Below are positions 1 to 9,014 of a DNA stretch of 64,000 nt, one piece after another. The notes beneath the pieces are model-generated. The model had not been told where the DNA came from. It saw only the letters and a program-made list of their open reading frames with translations, and did no database searches. This DNA comes from Candidatus Ozemobacteraceae bacterium (GTDB lineage Bacteria > Muiribacteriota > Ozemobacteria > Ozemobacterales > Ozemobacteraceae): the NCBI GenBank assembly GCA_035373905.1, contig DAOSOK010000009.1:44925-108924 (forward strand), in the 5' to 3' direction. Within the stretch, counting starts at the first letter, position 1. Every line of letters starts with the position of its first letter. A program made the translations under genes and the position numbers.

Positions 1-128
1 TCGAACGGGATCGCCGCCGGGGGCTTGAGGCCGTAAATGACCTCGCCGGGCGGCAACGGAGACAAAGACGCCGACGCCGAGGCGACTCCGGCTAGGAGCG
101 CATCGGGACGGCATCTTCGAATCTTCAT
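1..128 (-). CDS. Partial CDS (runs off window start), hypothetical protein of the Bat-like cluster
   Basis: Hand translation from ATG at 128: MKIRRCRPDALLAGVASASASLSPLPPGEVIYGLKPPAAIPF. It follows the 145-1368 gene on the same strand. Not in the ORF track because it is truncated. Confidence 0.35.
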   Translation of the reverse strand, partial: MKIRRCRPDALLAGVASASASLSPLPPGEVIYGLKPPAAIPF

Positions 129-144
129 CGGAACGGCCTCGCCG

Positions 145-1368
145 TCATTTTTCCGCCCGGCCCGCGGAAACGGCGGCGGAAGCCGGCTGGAACGCGGTCT
201 GGATCGCTTCGTCGATTACGCGCACGTCTTCCTGCCGGGCAAGATCGGCAATGAGTTCCGCGATTCTGGAGCTTTTCTTCTGCTCGAGCAGTTCGAGCCG
301 GGCCTGCTGGCGGGCGAGCTCGGGGGGCGTCCTGCCGCCGGGATCGACCCCGTGAATGAGGTAGACGACCCACGCCCCTCCGAGTTCTACCGGGCCGAGC
401 AGGCCGGTCGGCGGATCAGTTTCCCACCGGATCGCTTTGAGGGCCGGGGGGAGTTCCTGAGGCGTGCCGGAAAGGTGGTCTCCGACCGTTTGCGGGGTGG
501 ACGCCGGCTGACCGGCAACGTATGCCCGCGCGGACGCCTCGTCGGGGAAGGCATACACGCTGTAGGTGACGCGCATCGGCCCCTGATACCGCTCTTTGTT
601 TTTCTCGAGATGCAGGCTCACCGCCTGCTCGTCCACCTGGACATCCTTCAGCGCGTGGTCTTCGAGATATCGCATGATCGCGAGGTTGTCCTCGAACCGC
701 CTGACCTGCTCGTGGAAGAGGGGCTGGCGATCGATGCCGGCACGGGCCGCCGCCCGCCGCAGAAGTCGCTCGCTCATCAACTCCTGAACGGCGTTGTCGA
801 CGGCCTCTTTCGGTGCGCCCTTCACGGGGAGTTTCGCGCGGAGGAGTCGTTGTTCGACCTCGGCGAGGGATATCACCGATTCGTTTCCGAACCTGACGGC
901 GGTCGTGGATGTTGCGTATACCTGCGTCGGGTTGAGGCCATTTTCGAGCATCAGCCGGCGCTGGACATCGTAGACCCGCCCAAGGCGTTCGAGGCAGCGG
1001 CGGATCGGGGCCTCGACGGCGCCGGCCTGCGCGGGATCGGCGGTTTTGATGAAAACGAGTTCGGCCAGGGCCTTTTCGTAATCACCGAGCTTGTCCATGC
1101 AGATATCGGCGACGGAACGCCGCAGGGCGAGGGCGCGTGCCGTTGCCGGTTCGGCGGCCAACGCCGTCTCCATCACGGTCACGGCCTCGCGGACGAGCCC
1201 GTGGGCCAGCAACTCGGCCGCATACGCTCTTCCCGACTCGAAGCGGCTTCTCACCGTTCCCGAGCGCCCCTCGACATGCCAGTACAGATACAGTCCGAGT
1301 GCCAGACCCCCGACGAGCAGGAGCAGTATCGCATTTATCCTCGTTCGCAGGCCAATCGCCCCGTTCAT
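145..1368 (-). CDS. Membrane-anchored TPR-like plus SurA/PpiC-type peptidyl-prolyl isomerase-like chaperone
   Basis: N-terminal TM (ILLLLVGGLALGLYLYW), a helical TPR-like segment, then a SurA/PrsA-like region (ISLAEVEQRL...LMSERLLRRAAARAGID...LAIMRYLE) and a degenerate rotamase-like C-terminus. Confidence 0.6.
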   Translation of the reverse strand: MNGAIGLRTRINAILLLLVGGLALGLYLYWHVEGRSGTVRSRFESGRAYAAELLAHGLVREAVTVMETALAAEPATARALALRRSVADICMDKLGDYEKALAELVFIKTADPAQAGAVEAPIRRCLERLGRVYDVQRRLMLENGLNPTQVYATSTTAVRFGNESVISLAEVEQRLLRAKLPVKGAPKEAVDNAVQELMSERLLRRAAARAGIDRQPLFHEQVRRFEDNLAIMRYLEDHALKDVQVDEQAVSLHLEKNKERYQGPMRVTYSVYAFPDEASARAYVAGQPASTPQTVGDHLSGTPQELPPALKAIRWETDPPTGLLGPVELGGAWVVYLIHGVDPGGRTPPELARQQARLELLEQKKSSRIAELIADLARQEDVRVIDEAIQTAFQPASAAVSAGRAEK

Positions 1369-1402
1369 GTGGTGCCTCCGGAGTATTCTATAGTATTAGA
1401 TT

Positions 1403-2293
1403 TTATCCGCCCGAAGCGGCGCGTTTTTCACGTTCGGCGAACAGCCTGCAGATCGGCCGGATGACGGATTCGCCCGCACTCAGCCGGATAACGTCGATCC
1501 CGAGCCGTTTCGCGCGCGCAATCAGGGCGGCCCGGTCGCGCCGGGCCTCATTCATGCATCTCTCGACCGAAACCGGATCGGACGTATCCCAGATCGTCTC
1601 CTCGCCGGTTTCGGGGTCTTCCAGTTCGATCAGGCCGACGTCGGGCATCGTCGTTTCCCGGGGGTCCTCGACGAGGACGAGGATCAGGTCGTGACGTGCG
1701 GCGGTGATCCGGAGTTCGCGCTCCATCGCGGGAAGACTGATGCCGTCGGTGACGAGGAACACGATCGAGCGGCGGCGCAGGGAGTGATTCAGAAAGGCCA
1801 GCGCCGGCCTGGCGTCGGACGCCTTTTCCTCGGGCAGCGTATACATCAGGTCGCGGATCAGCCTCAGGACGTGCGTCCGCCCCTTCGCCGGCGGCACGAA
1901 CTTCTCGACGCGGCTGGTGAAAAGGCAGATGCCGACGCGGTCGTTATTGCGATCGGCCGCCATCGCCATCGCGGCGGCGAATTCGACGGCGGTCTCACGT
2001 TTCTCGCGCGAGCCGGTGCCGAACGACATCGAGGCCGAGAGATCGAGGGCGACCGCCATCTGCAGCTCGCGTTCCTCGATGTGCTCCCGGACGTGAAGTT
2101 CGCCCGTGCGGGCCGTGACCCGCCAGTCGATCGACCGGTATTCGTCACCGCGTGAGTATTCGCGAATGCCCGCGAACTCGATGCCCCGGCCTTTGAATAC
2201 CGACCGATATCCGCCGGCGTAGACCGAATCGACGAGATGACGCGTCCGTATCTCGATATGGCGGATTTCGGCCAGCAACTCGCGGGGAAGCAT
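1403..2293 (-). CDS. DUF58 domain protein (MoxR-associated, vWA-like)
   Basis: GRGIEFAGIREYSRGDEYRSIDWRVTAR and ALDLSASMSFG motifs; adjacent to moxR. Confidence 0.9.
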   Translation of the reverse strand: MLPRELLAEIRHIEIRTRHLVDSVYAGGYRSVFKGRGIEFAGIREYSRGDEYRSIDWRVTARTGELHVREHIEERELQMAVALDLSASMSFGTGSREKRETAVEFAAAMAMAADRNNDRVGICLFTSRVEKFVPPAKGRTHVLRLIRDLMYTLPEEKASDARPALAFLNHSLRRRSIVFLVTDGISLPAMERELRITAARHDLILVLVEDPRETTMPDVGLIELEDPETGEETIWDTSDPVSVERCMNEARRDRAALIARAKRLGIDVIRLSAGESVIRPICRLFAEREKRAASGG

Positions 2294-2307
2294 TCAATCC
2301 CTCTCTT

Positions 2308-3309
2308 TCAGGGAACCGGCACGCCGTCCGACAGTCGCCGGACGATCTCCTCGGAATCGATCTCGTCGGCTTCCGCCTCGTAGGTCGGGATGATGCGGTG
2401 ACGAAGAATATCGGGCAGAATGGCCTTCACGTCGTCGGGTTTCACGTACGGCCTGCCGGCGATCAGCGCGATCGCCCGTGCGGCCCTCGCGAGATAGATC
2501 GAGGCGCGCGGCGAGGCCCCGTAGCGGATATACCCCTTCAGTTCGAGACGGTATTCCTGCGGTCTGCGTGTCGCATCGACGAGGCGGAGGATGTATTCGA
2601 CGATCTTCTCGTCGACGTAGACTTTTTTCGCCATCTCGCGCAGCCCGGCCACGCTCTTCGCGTCGAGCACCGGCTTGATGACGTCGAGCGTGTGCGCCTC
2701 TTCGGCGAGGCCCATGCGCTGGACGACAAGGCGTTCCTCCTCGAACCCGGGGTAGCCGACGTTCACCTTGAACAGAAAGCGGTCGACCTGCGCTTCGGAC
2801 AGGGCGTAGGTTCCCTCGGTTTCGATCGGGTTCTGGGTCGCGAGCACCAGGAACGGTTCGGGCAGTTTGAACGTCTCATGTTCGATCGTCACCTGACGCT
2901 CCTCCATGCCTTCGAGAAGCGCGCTCTGGACCTTGGCCGGCGCGCGGTTGATCTCGTCGGCGAGGACGAACTGGGCGAAGATCGGCCCCTTGTGCGTGAA
3001 GAACGCCGTCTTCTGGGGGTCGTAGATGCGCGTTCCGATCAGGTCGGCCGGCAGCAGGTCAGGCGTGAACTGGATGCGCGAGAAGTCGACGGTGATCGTG
3101 CGGGCGAGCGCCTTGATGGCGAGGGTCTTGGCAAGGCCCGGCACGCCTTCGAGAAGGATGTGCCCGTTGGTGATGAGGGCGGCGATAAGCCTGTCGAGCA
3201 GGTGCTTCTGCCCGACGAGAACCTTGCCGACCTCGGATCGCACCTGGGCGACGATCTTGCCGGCCTCCTCGATGCCGGACTTCAGGGCGGGGTCGATTCC
3301 AGCGTTCAT
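2308..3309 (-). CDS. moxR: MoxR-family AAA+ ATPase
   Basis: HILLEGVPGLAKT (Walker A), RIQFTPDLLPAD, LADEINRAPAKVQSALLE, ATQNPIETEGTY. Confidence 0.95.
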   Translation of the reverse strand: MNAGIDPALKSGIEEAGKIVAQVRSEVGKVLVGQKHLLDRLIAALITNGHILLEGVPGLAKTLAIKALARTITVDFSRIQFTPDLLPADLIGTRIYDPQKTAFFTHKGPIFAQFVLADEINRAPAKVQSALLEGMEERQVTIEHETFKLPEPFLVLATQNPIETEGTYALSEAQVDRFLFKVNVGYPGFEEERLVVQRMGLAEEAHTLDVIKPVLDAKSVAGLREMAKKVYVDEKIVEYILRLVDATRRPQEYRLELKGYIRYGASPRASIYLARAARAIALIAGRPYVKPDDVKAILPDILRHRIIPTYEAEADEIDSEEIVRRLSDGVPVP

Positions 3310-4400
3310 CGGTGGGTCTCCTGTCTGTGGATGAGGGAACGCACGATCGTGCGCGCGTCGTCATGGAGTGCGCTGAAGGGGCGCGAGGGGAGCATCCGCG
3401 CATAGGTCACGCCTTCCCACTCGTCGACGACCGGCTTCATGCGCGACGAGACGGCGGGCGGGAAATGCTCTTCGGCGGTCCGCCGGAGCTCGTCGGGCGT
3501 CTGCTCCGGCTTCATTCTCGGATTCGCCGCAACGAGGGCCTTGTGGAAAATATCAAAGTATACTCTATAGAATTCGAGCGTCGGTTCCTTGTATTCGATC
3601 TTGAGGCGCTCGACCTCCCGCTCGAAATCAACCTTCTCCGCGGAAGGAGTGGCGACGGAAACGATCTTCGCGTCCTCGACGGCCCCGGTCTCCGACGTAT
3701 TTGGAGCACCCTCGTCGGTCGCAGGGGAAACGCGCGTTCGCGACGATGCCGCGCGGCCGCTCATGTACCAGGAAAGCAGAATCGGCAGACAGATCACGGC
3801 GGCCGTGATGAGAAGAAGCATCGAAAACGCCTTGAACAGGCTCATTCCGCCGCCGTTCGCGACGCGCGAGGCGTCGTCTTCCTCCGGTGCGGCCGGCTGC
3901 GTGCTTCCCTGCCCCGCCGCGCTCTCGTCTTCAGGGGGAAGCACCTTCACCTTGATCGCCTTCGAACTCACGCTTCGGCCGTCGGGCAATTTGAACCCCA
4001 TGGCGGGGATCGTGAACTCGCCTGGGCCGCGCGGCACAAGTTCCAGCGACGTCTGTACCTGGACCTGGCCGACGCCGTTGATGAAACTCATGTTCTGAGC
4101 CGTTCGTCTGCCGGCAATGTCGAAGTCGGGTATCGAATCGACGTTGGGTGTGATGATCTGACGGCCACCTCCACCGCCGAGCGCCTGCGACAGGGTGAGC
4201 GTCAGTGTCAGGGACTCGCCGAACCTGACGGTCGTCCGGTCGACCTCCGCGTCGAGAGAGGCGTCCAGTGCGACGCCCGGGACGACTGCGAGAAGAGACA
4301 CCAGCATCACGAGCAAGGCAACGTGCCGCAGGTGCGAATCCCGCAGTCGCATTCCGGCCTCATGGATCAGGTGACAGGTCTTCGGCATCGTGGAACCCAC
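3306..4400 (-). CDS. BatD-family protein (secreted Ig-like domain plus TM)
   Basis: Signal peptide, AEVDRTTVRFGESLTLTL...GPGEFTIPA BatD-like segment, TM at about aa 190-215. Overlaps the moxR start. The true start may be a downstream ATG. Confidence 0.7.
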   Translation of the reverse strand: MGSTMPKTCHLIHEAGMRLRDSHLRHVALLVMLVSLLAVVPGVALDASLDAEVDRTTVRFGESLTLTLTLSQALGGGGGRQIITPNVDSIPDFDIAGRRTAQNMSFINGVGQVQVQTSLELVPRGPGEFTIPAMGFKLPDGRSVSSKAIKVKVLPPEDESAAGQGSTQPAAPEEDDASRVANGGGMSLFKAFSMLLLITAAVICLPILLSWYMSGRAASSRTRVSPATDEGAPNTSETGAVEDAKIVSVATPSAEKVDFEREVERLKIEYKEPTLEFYRVYFDIFHKALVAANPRMKPEQTPDELRRTAEEHFPPAVSSRMKPVVDEWEGVTYARMLPSRPFSALHDDARTIVRSLIHRQETHR

Positions 4401-4517
4401 CTCGCATATCGTTTTTCGACCTCTTAGACCTGCGTATCATACCCAAAGTTCCAGGAAAATTCGGATATTTTTTCGGCGAGCGCGGTGAATACGATCGTCA
4501 CCAATCACCCCGGCCTG

Positions 4518-4526
4518 TGATACAAT
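4518..4526 (+). promoter_or_regulatory. Extended -10 promoter (TG-A-TACAAT), 7 nt before ATG 4534, candidate leaderless
   Basis: tgatacaat tcgagcc ATG; no Shine-Dalgarno. Confidence 0.55.
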
Positions 4527-4533
4527 TCGAGCC

Positions 4534-5916
4534 ATGACACAGGGAACAACGCTCACGCATGTTTTCGGCGCGGCTGTGGCCGTCTGCCGCGTCTGCCGCA
4601 ACTCCTGCGGATACTGCGCTTTCCGGAACGTCGAATGCGGCCTGGTTTCTCTCGAACAGCTCTCCGCCGAATTCGCCGGGTTCGCCAAGGGAGGCGCCGT
4701 GCAGGTTTCTCTCATGTCCGGCGAATCGCCGCATGAGTATCCCTCGATCCAGTTCGCCCTCAAGCGGGAATCCTGCATTTCGTACGCCGAGTATCTCCGG
4801 AAAGCGTGCTCGCTTGCCGTGGAGGCGGGACTTCTTCCGGTCGTCGAAGCCGGCGCCCTCGCCCCGTTCGACATCCAGACGGTTTCCGAAGCGGCCGCCT
4901 CGATCCGGTTTTCCCTCACCGCCGCGGGCCTGCACGGGAAAGGCGAAGCGCATGCCGAGGCCCGAAGCCGCGGCCCGGATCACGCGAAAGGGCTGATCGA
5001 GCAGGCGCACCGGTGGCAGCTTCCCTACCATCTCGATTTTCTGATCGGCATCGGCGAAACCGAAGCCGATCGTCACGAGTTCATCAAGACCATCGGCGCC
5101 TTCTGCGGAGCGGATCCGTGGCTGCAAGACGTCCGCCTGGTCCCGTTCCAGCCCGTCCCGGGAACCCCGATGAGCAGCAGGCCGCCTCTCGGGTTCGACC
5201 AGACCGCCGCGGCCATGTGCGTTCTTCGCGAGGCGTTTCCCGTTCATTGTCGCGCGATCGCGCCCCACCTCTTCTCGCGGTTTGCCGAGCTCGCCGGGCA
5301 CGGGCTGAACGATCTCGGACCGCTTCCCTTCCTGAACGGCGATCCGGTCATGCCGGGCTTTCCCGTTCCCGCGTTTGAGACGCTGAAAAACAGGCTGGCC
5401 GAGCATAACATTCTGCTCAGCGAGCGGCTCCCCCTGACGACGCCCGCGGCCGAGAACAGGGGTTCCATGTCAGCGGTTCTGGCCACCGTGCGAAACAGGA
5501 TCGTGAACCGCAACCAGGCGAAAATCAAGCTGATCGACGACAAGCACTGCTTCGTCTGCGGCCCCAGGAACCCTCAAGGGCTCCAGATCACCCTTCAGAA
5601 GAACGACCCCGGCACCTGCTCCACGGTCTGGACGTCGGGCCCGGCGCACCAGGGCTACGCCGGGATCGTTCACGGGGGCATTCTCACGACGCTGCTCGAC
5701 GAAATGATGGGTCACGCGATCATCTCCACCGGCGTACTCGCCGTAACGGCGGAAATGCGTATCAAGTTTCTGCGCCCCGCACCGATCGGCTTCCCGCTGA
5801 CCGTCGTCGGAAACCGTACGGACGGTCGCGGTCGAGTGCATCTTGCGAAAGGCGTCGTGATGATGGCGGACGGCACGGTTCTGGCCGAGGCCGAAGGACG
5901 GTTCGTTGAGTGCTGA
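4534..5916 (+). CDS. CofG-like radical SAM domain fused to a PaaI/hotdog thioesterase
   Basis: CRNSCGYC (CxxxCxxC); CofG-like segments (YAEYLRKACSLAVEAGLLP, LIGIGET, ERLPL); C-terminal HCFVCGPRNPQGL...HQGYAGIVHGGILTTLLDE of PaaI-type thioesterases. Confidence 0.75.
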   Translation: MTQGTTLTHVFGAAVAVCRVCRNSCGYCAFRNVECGLVSLEQLSAEFAGFAKGGAVQVSLMSGESPHEYPSIQFALKRESCISYAEYLRKACSLAVEAGLLPVVEAGALAPFDIQTVSEAAASIRFSLTAAGLHGKGEAHAEARSRGPDHAKGLIEQAHRWQLPYHLDFLIGIGETEADRHEFIKTIGAFCGADPWLQDVRLVPFQPVPGTPMSSRPPLGFDQTAAAMCVLREAFPVHCRAIAPHLFSRFAELAGHGLNDLGPLPFLNGDPVMPGFPVPAFETLKNRLAEHNILLSERLPLTTPAAENRGSMSAVLATVRNRIVNRNQAKIKLIDDKHCFVCGPRNPQGLQITLQKNDPGTCSTVWTSGPAHQGYAGIVHGGILTTLLDEMMGHAIISTGVLAVTAEMRIKFLRPAPIGFPLTVVGNRTDGRGRVHLAKGVVMMADGTVLAEAEGRFVEC

Positions 5917-5988
5917 AGCAATCTTTCGACCTTTTCTCCGTTTCATGGTAAAAATATCAATCGCAATCCCTGCAAGGAGCGTATCGAC

Positions 5989-6474
5989 ATGAAAGCGCAC
6001 AAGGAAAAACTCAGAGTCATTCTGTACACCTCCCATCACATGGTTCGCGGTGAGGTGCATCTGTATGAGAACAGTCGCCTGTCAGACATTCTCAATGCCG
6101 ACACGGCGACCAAGGACTTTCTCCCCATCACCAATGCGAAGCTAACCGATCTTCGCACCGGCAGCGTCGTCGAAGTGGCGTTTCTCTCGGTCAACCGGCG
6201 CCAGGTTGAGATGGTGCTCGAGGATGACGAGGCGATCGCGGTTTTCAAGGCCCGCGACATGATCTCCAAGCGCCGGTACGCCGATGCCCTCCAATTTGCC
6301 CAGCGCGCGGTCAAGGCGGTTCCGCGCGATGCCGAGGCCCAGTATCTGCTCGGCCTCTGTCTCGCGAAAACCGGCGATCCGCGAAGCGCGAAGGCGGCGT
6401 TCGAAGCCTGCCTCAAGCTCGATCCGAATCCCGAACTTTCCCAGAACGCCCGGGAAATGCTGAATTCGCTGTGA
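5989..6474 (+). CDS. Small protein with a DUF6812-like N-domain and C-terminal TPR
   Basis: VRGEVHL...RLSDILN...FLPITNA...VNRRQV pattern, then TPR-like YADALQFAQRAVKAVPRDAEAQYLLGLCL; RBS aaggag. Confidence 0.6.
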   Translation: MKAHKEKLRVILYTSHHMVRGEVHLYENSRLSDILNADTATKDFLPITNAKLTDLRTGSVVEVAFLSVNRRQVEMVLEDDEAIAVFKARDMISKRRYADALQFAQRAVKAVPRDAEAQYLLGLCLAKTGDPRSAKAAFEACLKLDPNPELSQNAREMLNSL

Positions 6475-6483
6475 GCTGACGCC

Positions 6484-8169
6484 ATGCATCGCCACGAGCC
6501 CCGGGAGCTTCGTCGTTCCTCCCCGAATCACCCGTTTTCATTCCGCGGATATGCGCTGATCCTGCTTTTGGCAGGATTCCTGACGGCGCCGTTTTCCGCA
6601 TCCGCCGCTCCTGTCAGGCTCGTCATTCTCCACACCGGCGACATCCACGGCCACATGTCGCCTCAGCCTGACCCGACGACGGCGAGCGAACCCAAGCCTC
6701 TCGTCGGCGGGTACGCGGCGCTCGCGACCGTCGTCGACCAGGAACGCCTTGCCGCGCTGAAATCCGGTGGTATAGCATTATATATGGATGGCGGCGATTC
6801 GTTCCAGGGCACCCCCGTCGTCGACGAGACCAAGGGAATGTGCATGATCGCCGCGAAGAACCTCCTCAGAACCTTCGCCGTCACGATCGGAAACCACGAT
6901 TTCGATTACGGGGTCGCGGGGCTCGCTTCAGCGGCGGCGGCGGCTCGATACCCCATGCTCGCCTGCAACGTGTTCGACACGAAAACCGGTCGGCTTCTTC
7001 CCTTCCTGAAGCCCTACGTCAGGCTTTCCCTCAAGGGAATCGACGTCGCTTTCATCGGCCTTCTCTCCCCGGACACCGCGCGCATTTCCCTCGCGGAAAA
7101 CGTCGAAGGGGTCGATTTTCGCGATCCGGTACCGATTCTCTCCGAACTCATTCCGCGACTTCGAAGGCAGGGGGTCGATTTCGTCGTTCTTCTCTCGCAT
7201 GTAGGACTGGAAGACGACAAGAAGCTCGCAGACGCCGTTCCGGGCATCGACCTCATTCTCGGAAGTCACAGTCACACCCCGATGACCGAGCCCTTCTTCA
7301 GTGAGCAACGGCTTGTCCCGATCATCCACAACGCCTTCGACAACCGCGTCGTCGGGAAAGTCACGCTTGACCTGGAGCCGTGGCGAACGGTCATCCAGTA
7401 TGAGCCGATTTCGATGTATATCGCATCCTATCCTGAAAATTCGGCGATGAAGCGTCTCGTCGCCGGGTATCAGGATGAAATCGATGCAAAGATGAGCGCC
7501 TTCGTGGGCACGTCTTCCGTCGACCTGATACGCGGAATCATCGGCGGGGACTCTCCCGAAGGGTCTTTTATATCAGACGCTATACGTCAGATCGCCGGCG
7601 CCGATTTCGCCTTCACCAATATCGGCGGAGTGCGCTACCCGGTCTGGAAGGGCCCCGTGACGAAGAATGATCTGTTCCTGCTGCAACCGTTCCTGAACTA
7701 TGTCGATGTCATCACCATGACCGGCGAGCAGATCGTCGAGTTGATGGAAAAATCACTCTCTGCGGGATTTTCACCGGTTACCGATGCGGACAACCAGTTC
7801 GCAATGGAGAATTTCAAACTGCGCGCGAGCGGCATGATACGGGAATTTCAGGGGGAATACGGGTATCTGATTCCTTCGAATCTCAAAGTCACTTTCGATC
7901 CACATCGCCCCCCGATGAAACGCATCGTCGAGATCACCGACGACAGCGGCGGAAAGCTCGACCCGAAGCGCCGTTACAAGGTCGCGTTGAACTCGTATAT
8001 GAGCACGGGCGGCGATGGATACACGTATCTGAAGTCGATGAAACGCACCACCACGGGCATTCTTGTCCGGGACGCCATCGAGCGGTATATCGAATCCTCT
8101 GGTGGAATCAGCGTCCTCCCGCCCGTGCGCATGAACAACACGGCGCTCACCGTCGAGCCGATTCAATAA
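6484..8169 (+). CDS. Secreted bifunctional 5'-nucleotidase / UDP-sugar hydrolase (calcineurin-like metallophosphoesterase plus 5'-NT C-domain)
   Basis: HTGDIHG, DGGDSFQG, IGNHDFDYG, LSHVG, GSHSH motifs; TNIGGVR and YMSTGGDGY in the C-domain. Confidence 0.9.
   Translation: MHRHEPRELRRSSPNHPFSFRGYALILLLAGFLTAPFSASAAPVRLVILHTGDIHGHMSPQPDPTTASEPKPLVGGYAALATVVDQERLAALKSGGIALYMDGGDSFQGTPVVDETKGMCMIAAKNLLRTFAVTIGNHDFDYGVAGLASAAAAARYPMLACNVFDTKTGRLLPFLKPYVRLSLKGIDVAFIGLLSPDTARISLAENVEGVDFRDPVPILSELIPRLRRQGVDFVVLLSHVGLEDDKKLADAVPGIDLILGSHSHTPMTEPFFSEQRLVPIIHNAFDNRVVGKVTLDLEPWRTVIQYEPISMYIASYPENSAMKRLVAGYQDEIDAKMSAFVGTSSVDLIRGIIGGDSPEGSFISDAIRQIAGADFAFTNIGGVRYPVWKGPVTKNDLFLLQPFLNYVDVITMTGEQIVELMEKSLSAGFSPVTDADNQFAMENFKLRASGMIREFQGEYGYLIPSNLKVTFDPHRPPMKRIVEITDDSGGKLDPKRRYKVALNSYMSTGGDGYTYLKSMKRTTTGILVRDAIERYIESSGGISVLPPVRMNNTALTVEPIQ
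7569..7584. repeat. TATA-N8-TATA spaced palindrome (perfect), inside the nucleotidase gene
   Basis: TATA TCAGACGC TATA; codons TTT ATA TCA GAC GCT ATA. Confidence 0.8.
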
Positions 8170-8173
8170 TCCA

Positions 8174-8788
8174 ATGGCAAAAGCCTGGTTCAAGGACCGC
8201 CTGAACGATCCGTGGCTCCGAAAGGCCCGCCAGGAGCAGTTCCGCTCGCGCGCGGCCTACAAGCTCGAGGAAATCCACCGCAAATACAAACTGCTGAAGC
8301 CCGGCATGAAGATTCTCGATCTCGGAGCTGCGCCCGGCAGCTGGACGCAGATGGCCCTTCACTGTCTGAACGGGAAAGGGCTCGTCGTCGCCATCGACCT
8401 CCTCCCGATCGACCCGATCGAGGGCGCCATCATTCTCCAGGGCGATATACGTGCCGAAGAGTCGCAAAAGAAGATCGCCGATGCCGCCAAAGGCAAGTTC
8501 GACGTCATTCTGAGCGATATGGCGCCAGACACGACCGGCATCCACCATGCCGACACATCGAACTCCGCCGCCCTGGTGACGCTTGCTCTCGATCTCTGCG
8601 CCAAGTGGCTCAAGCCCGGCGGCAGCTTCGTGGCCAAGGTATTCGAAGGCTCCGAATACAAGGATCTTCATTCCGAGGCAAAAAAAAAGTTCGAGTTCCT
8701 CAAATCCGTCAACCCCGAAGCCTCCCTCACGAGAAGCCGCGAAGTCTACCTCGTCGGAACCGGCTTCAAAGGCAATGCTCCGACGTAA
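8174..8788 (+). CDS. rlmE: 23S rRNA Um2552 methyltransferase RlmE
   Basis: RSRAAYKLEEI, LDLGAAPGSW, ILSDMAP, FVAKVF, ASLTRSREVYL. Confidence 0.95.
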   Translation: MAKAWFKDRLNDPWLRKARQEQFRSRAAYKLEEIHRKYKLLKPGMKILDLGAAPGSWTQMALHCLNGKGLVVAIDLLPIDPIEGAIILQGDIRAEESQKKIADAAKGKFDVILSDMAPDTTGIHHADTSNSAALVTLALDLCAKWLKPGGSFVAKVFEGSEYKDLHSEAKKKFEFLKSVNPEASLTRSREVYLVGTGFKGNAPT

Positions 8789-9014
8789 TCGGACATCTGG
8801 CATGCCGATCGTCGTGAGATCGGCGGGGTCTGCCGCAGAAACGCCGGTCGGAATAATCTTGGCCGGCAGATTTGAGTTTTCCCGCTGACAGCGGTCATAC
8901 CATTTCCGATCCGTTTTCGACGATTCATCACGAACTGTTGTCCGGCATGATGCAGGCTGTCATTGGCGGCATATCTCCCGTTCCATTTTGGTTCGCAGGG
9001 GAATATAATCTTGT

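Noticed and set aside
8679-8688. A-run in rlmE (GCA AAA AAA AAG) as a slippery or phase-variable site
   Set aside because: The frame is intact, it encodes AKKK and no useful alternative-frame product is evident.
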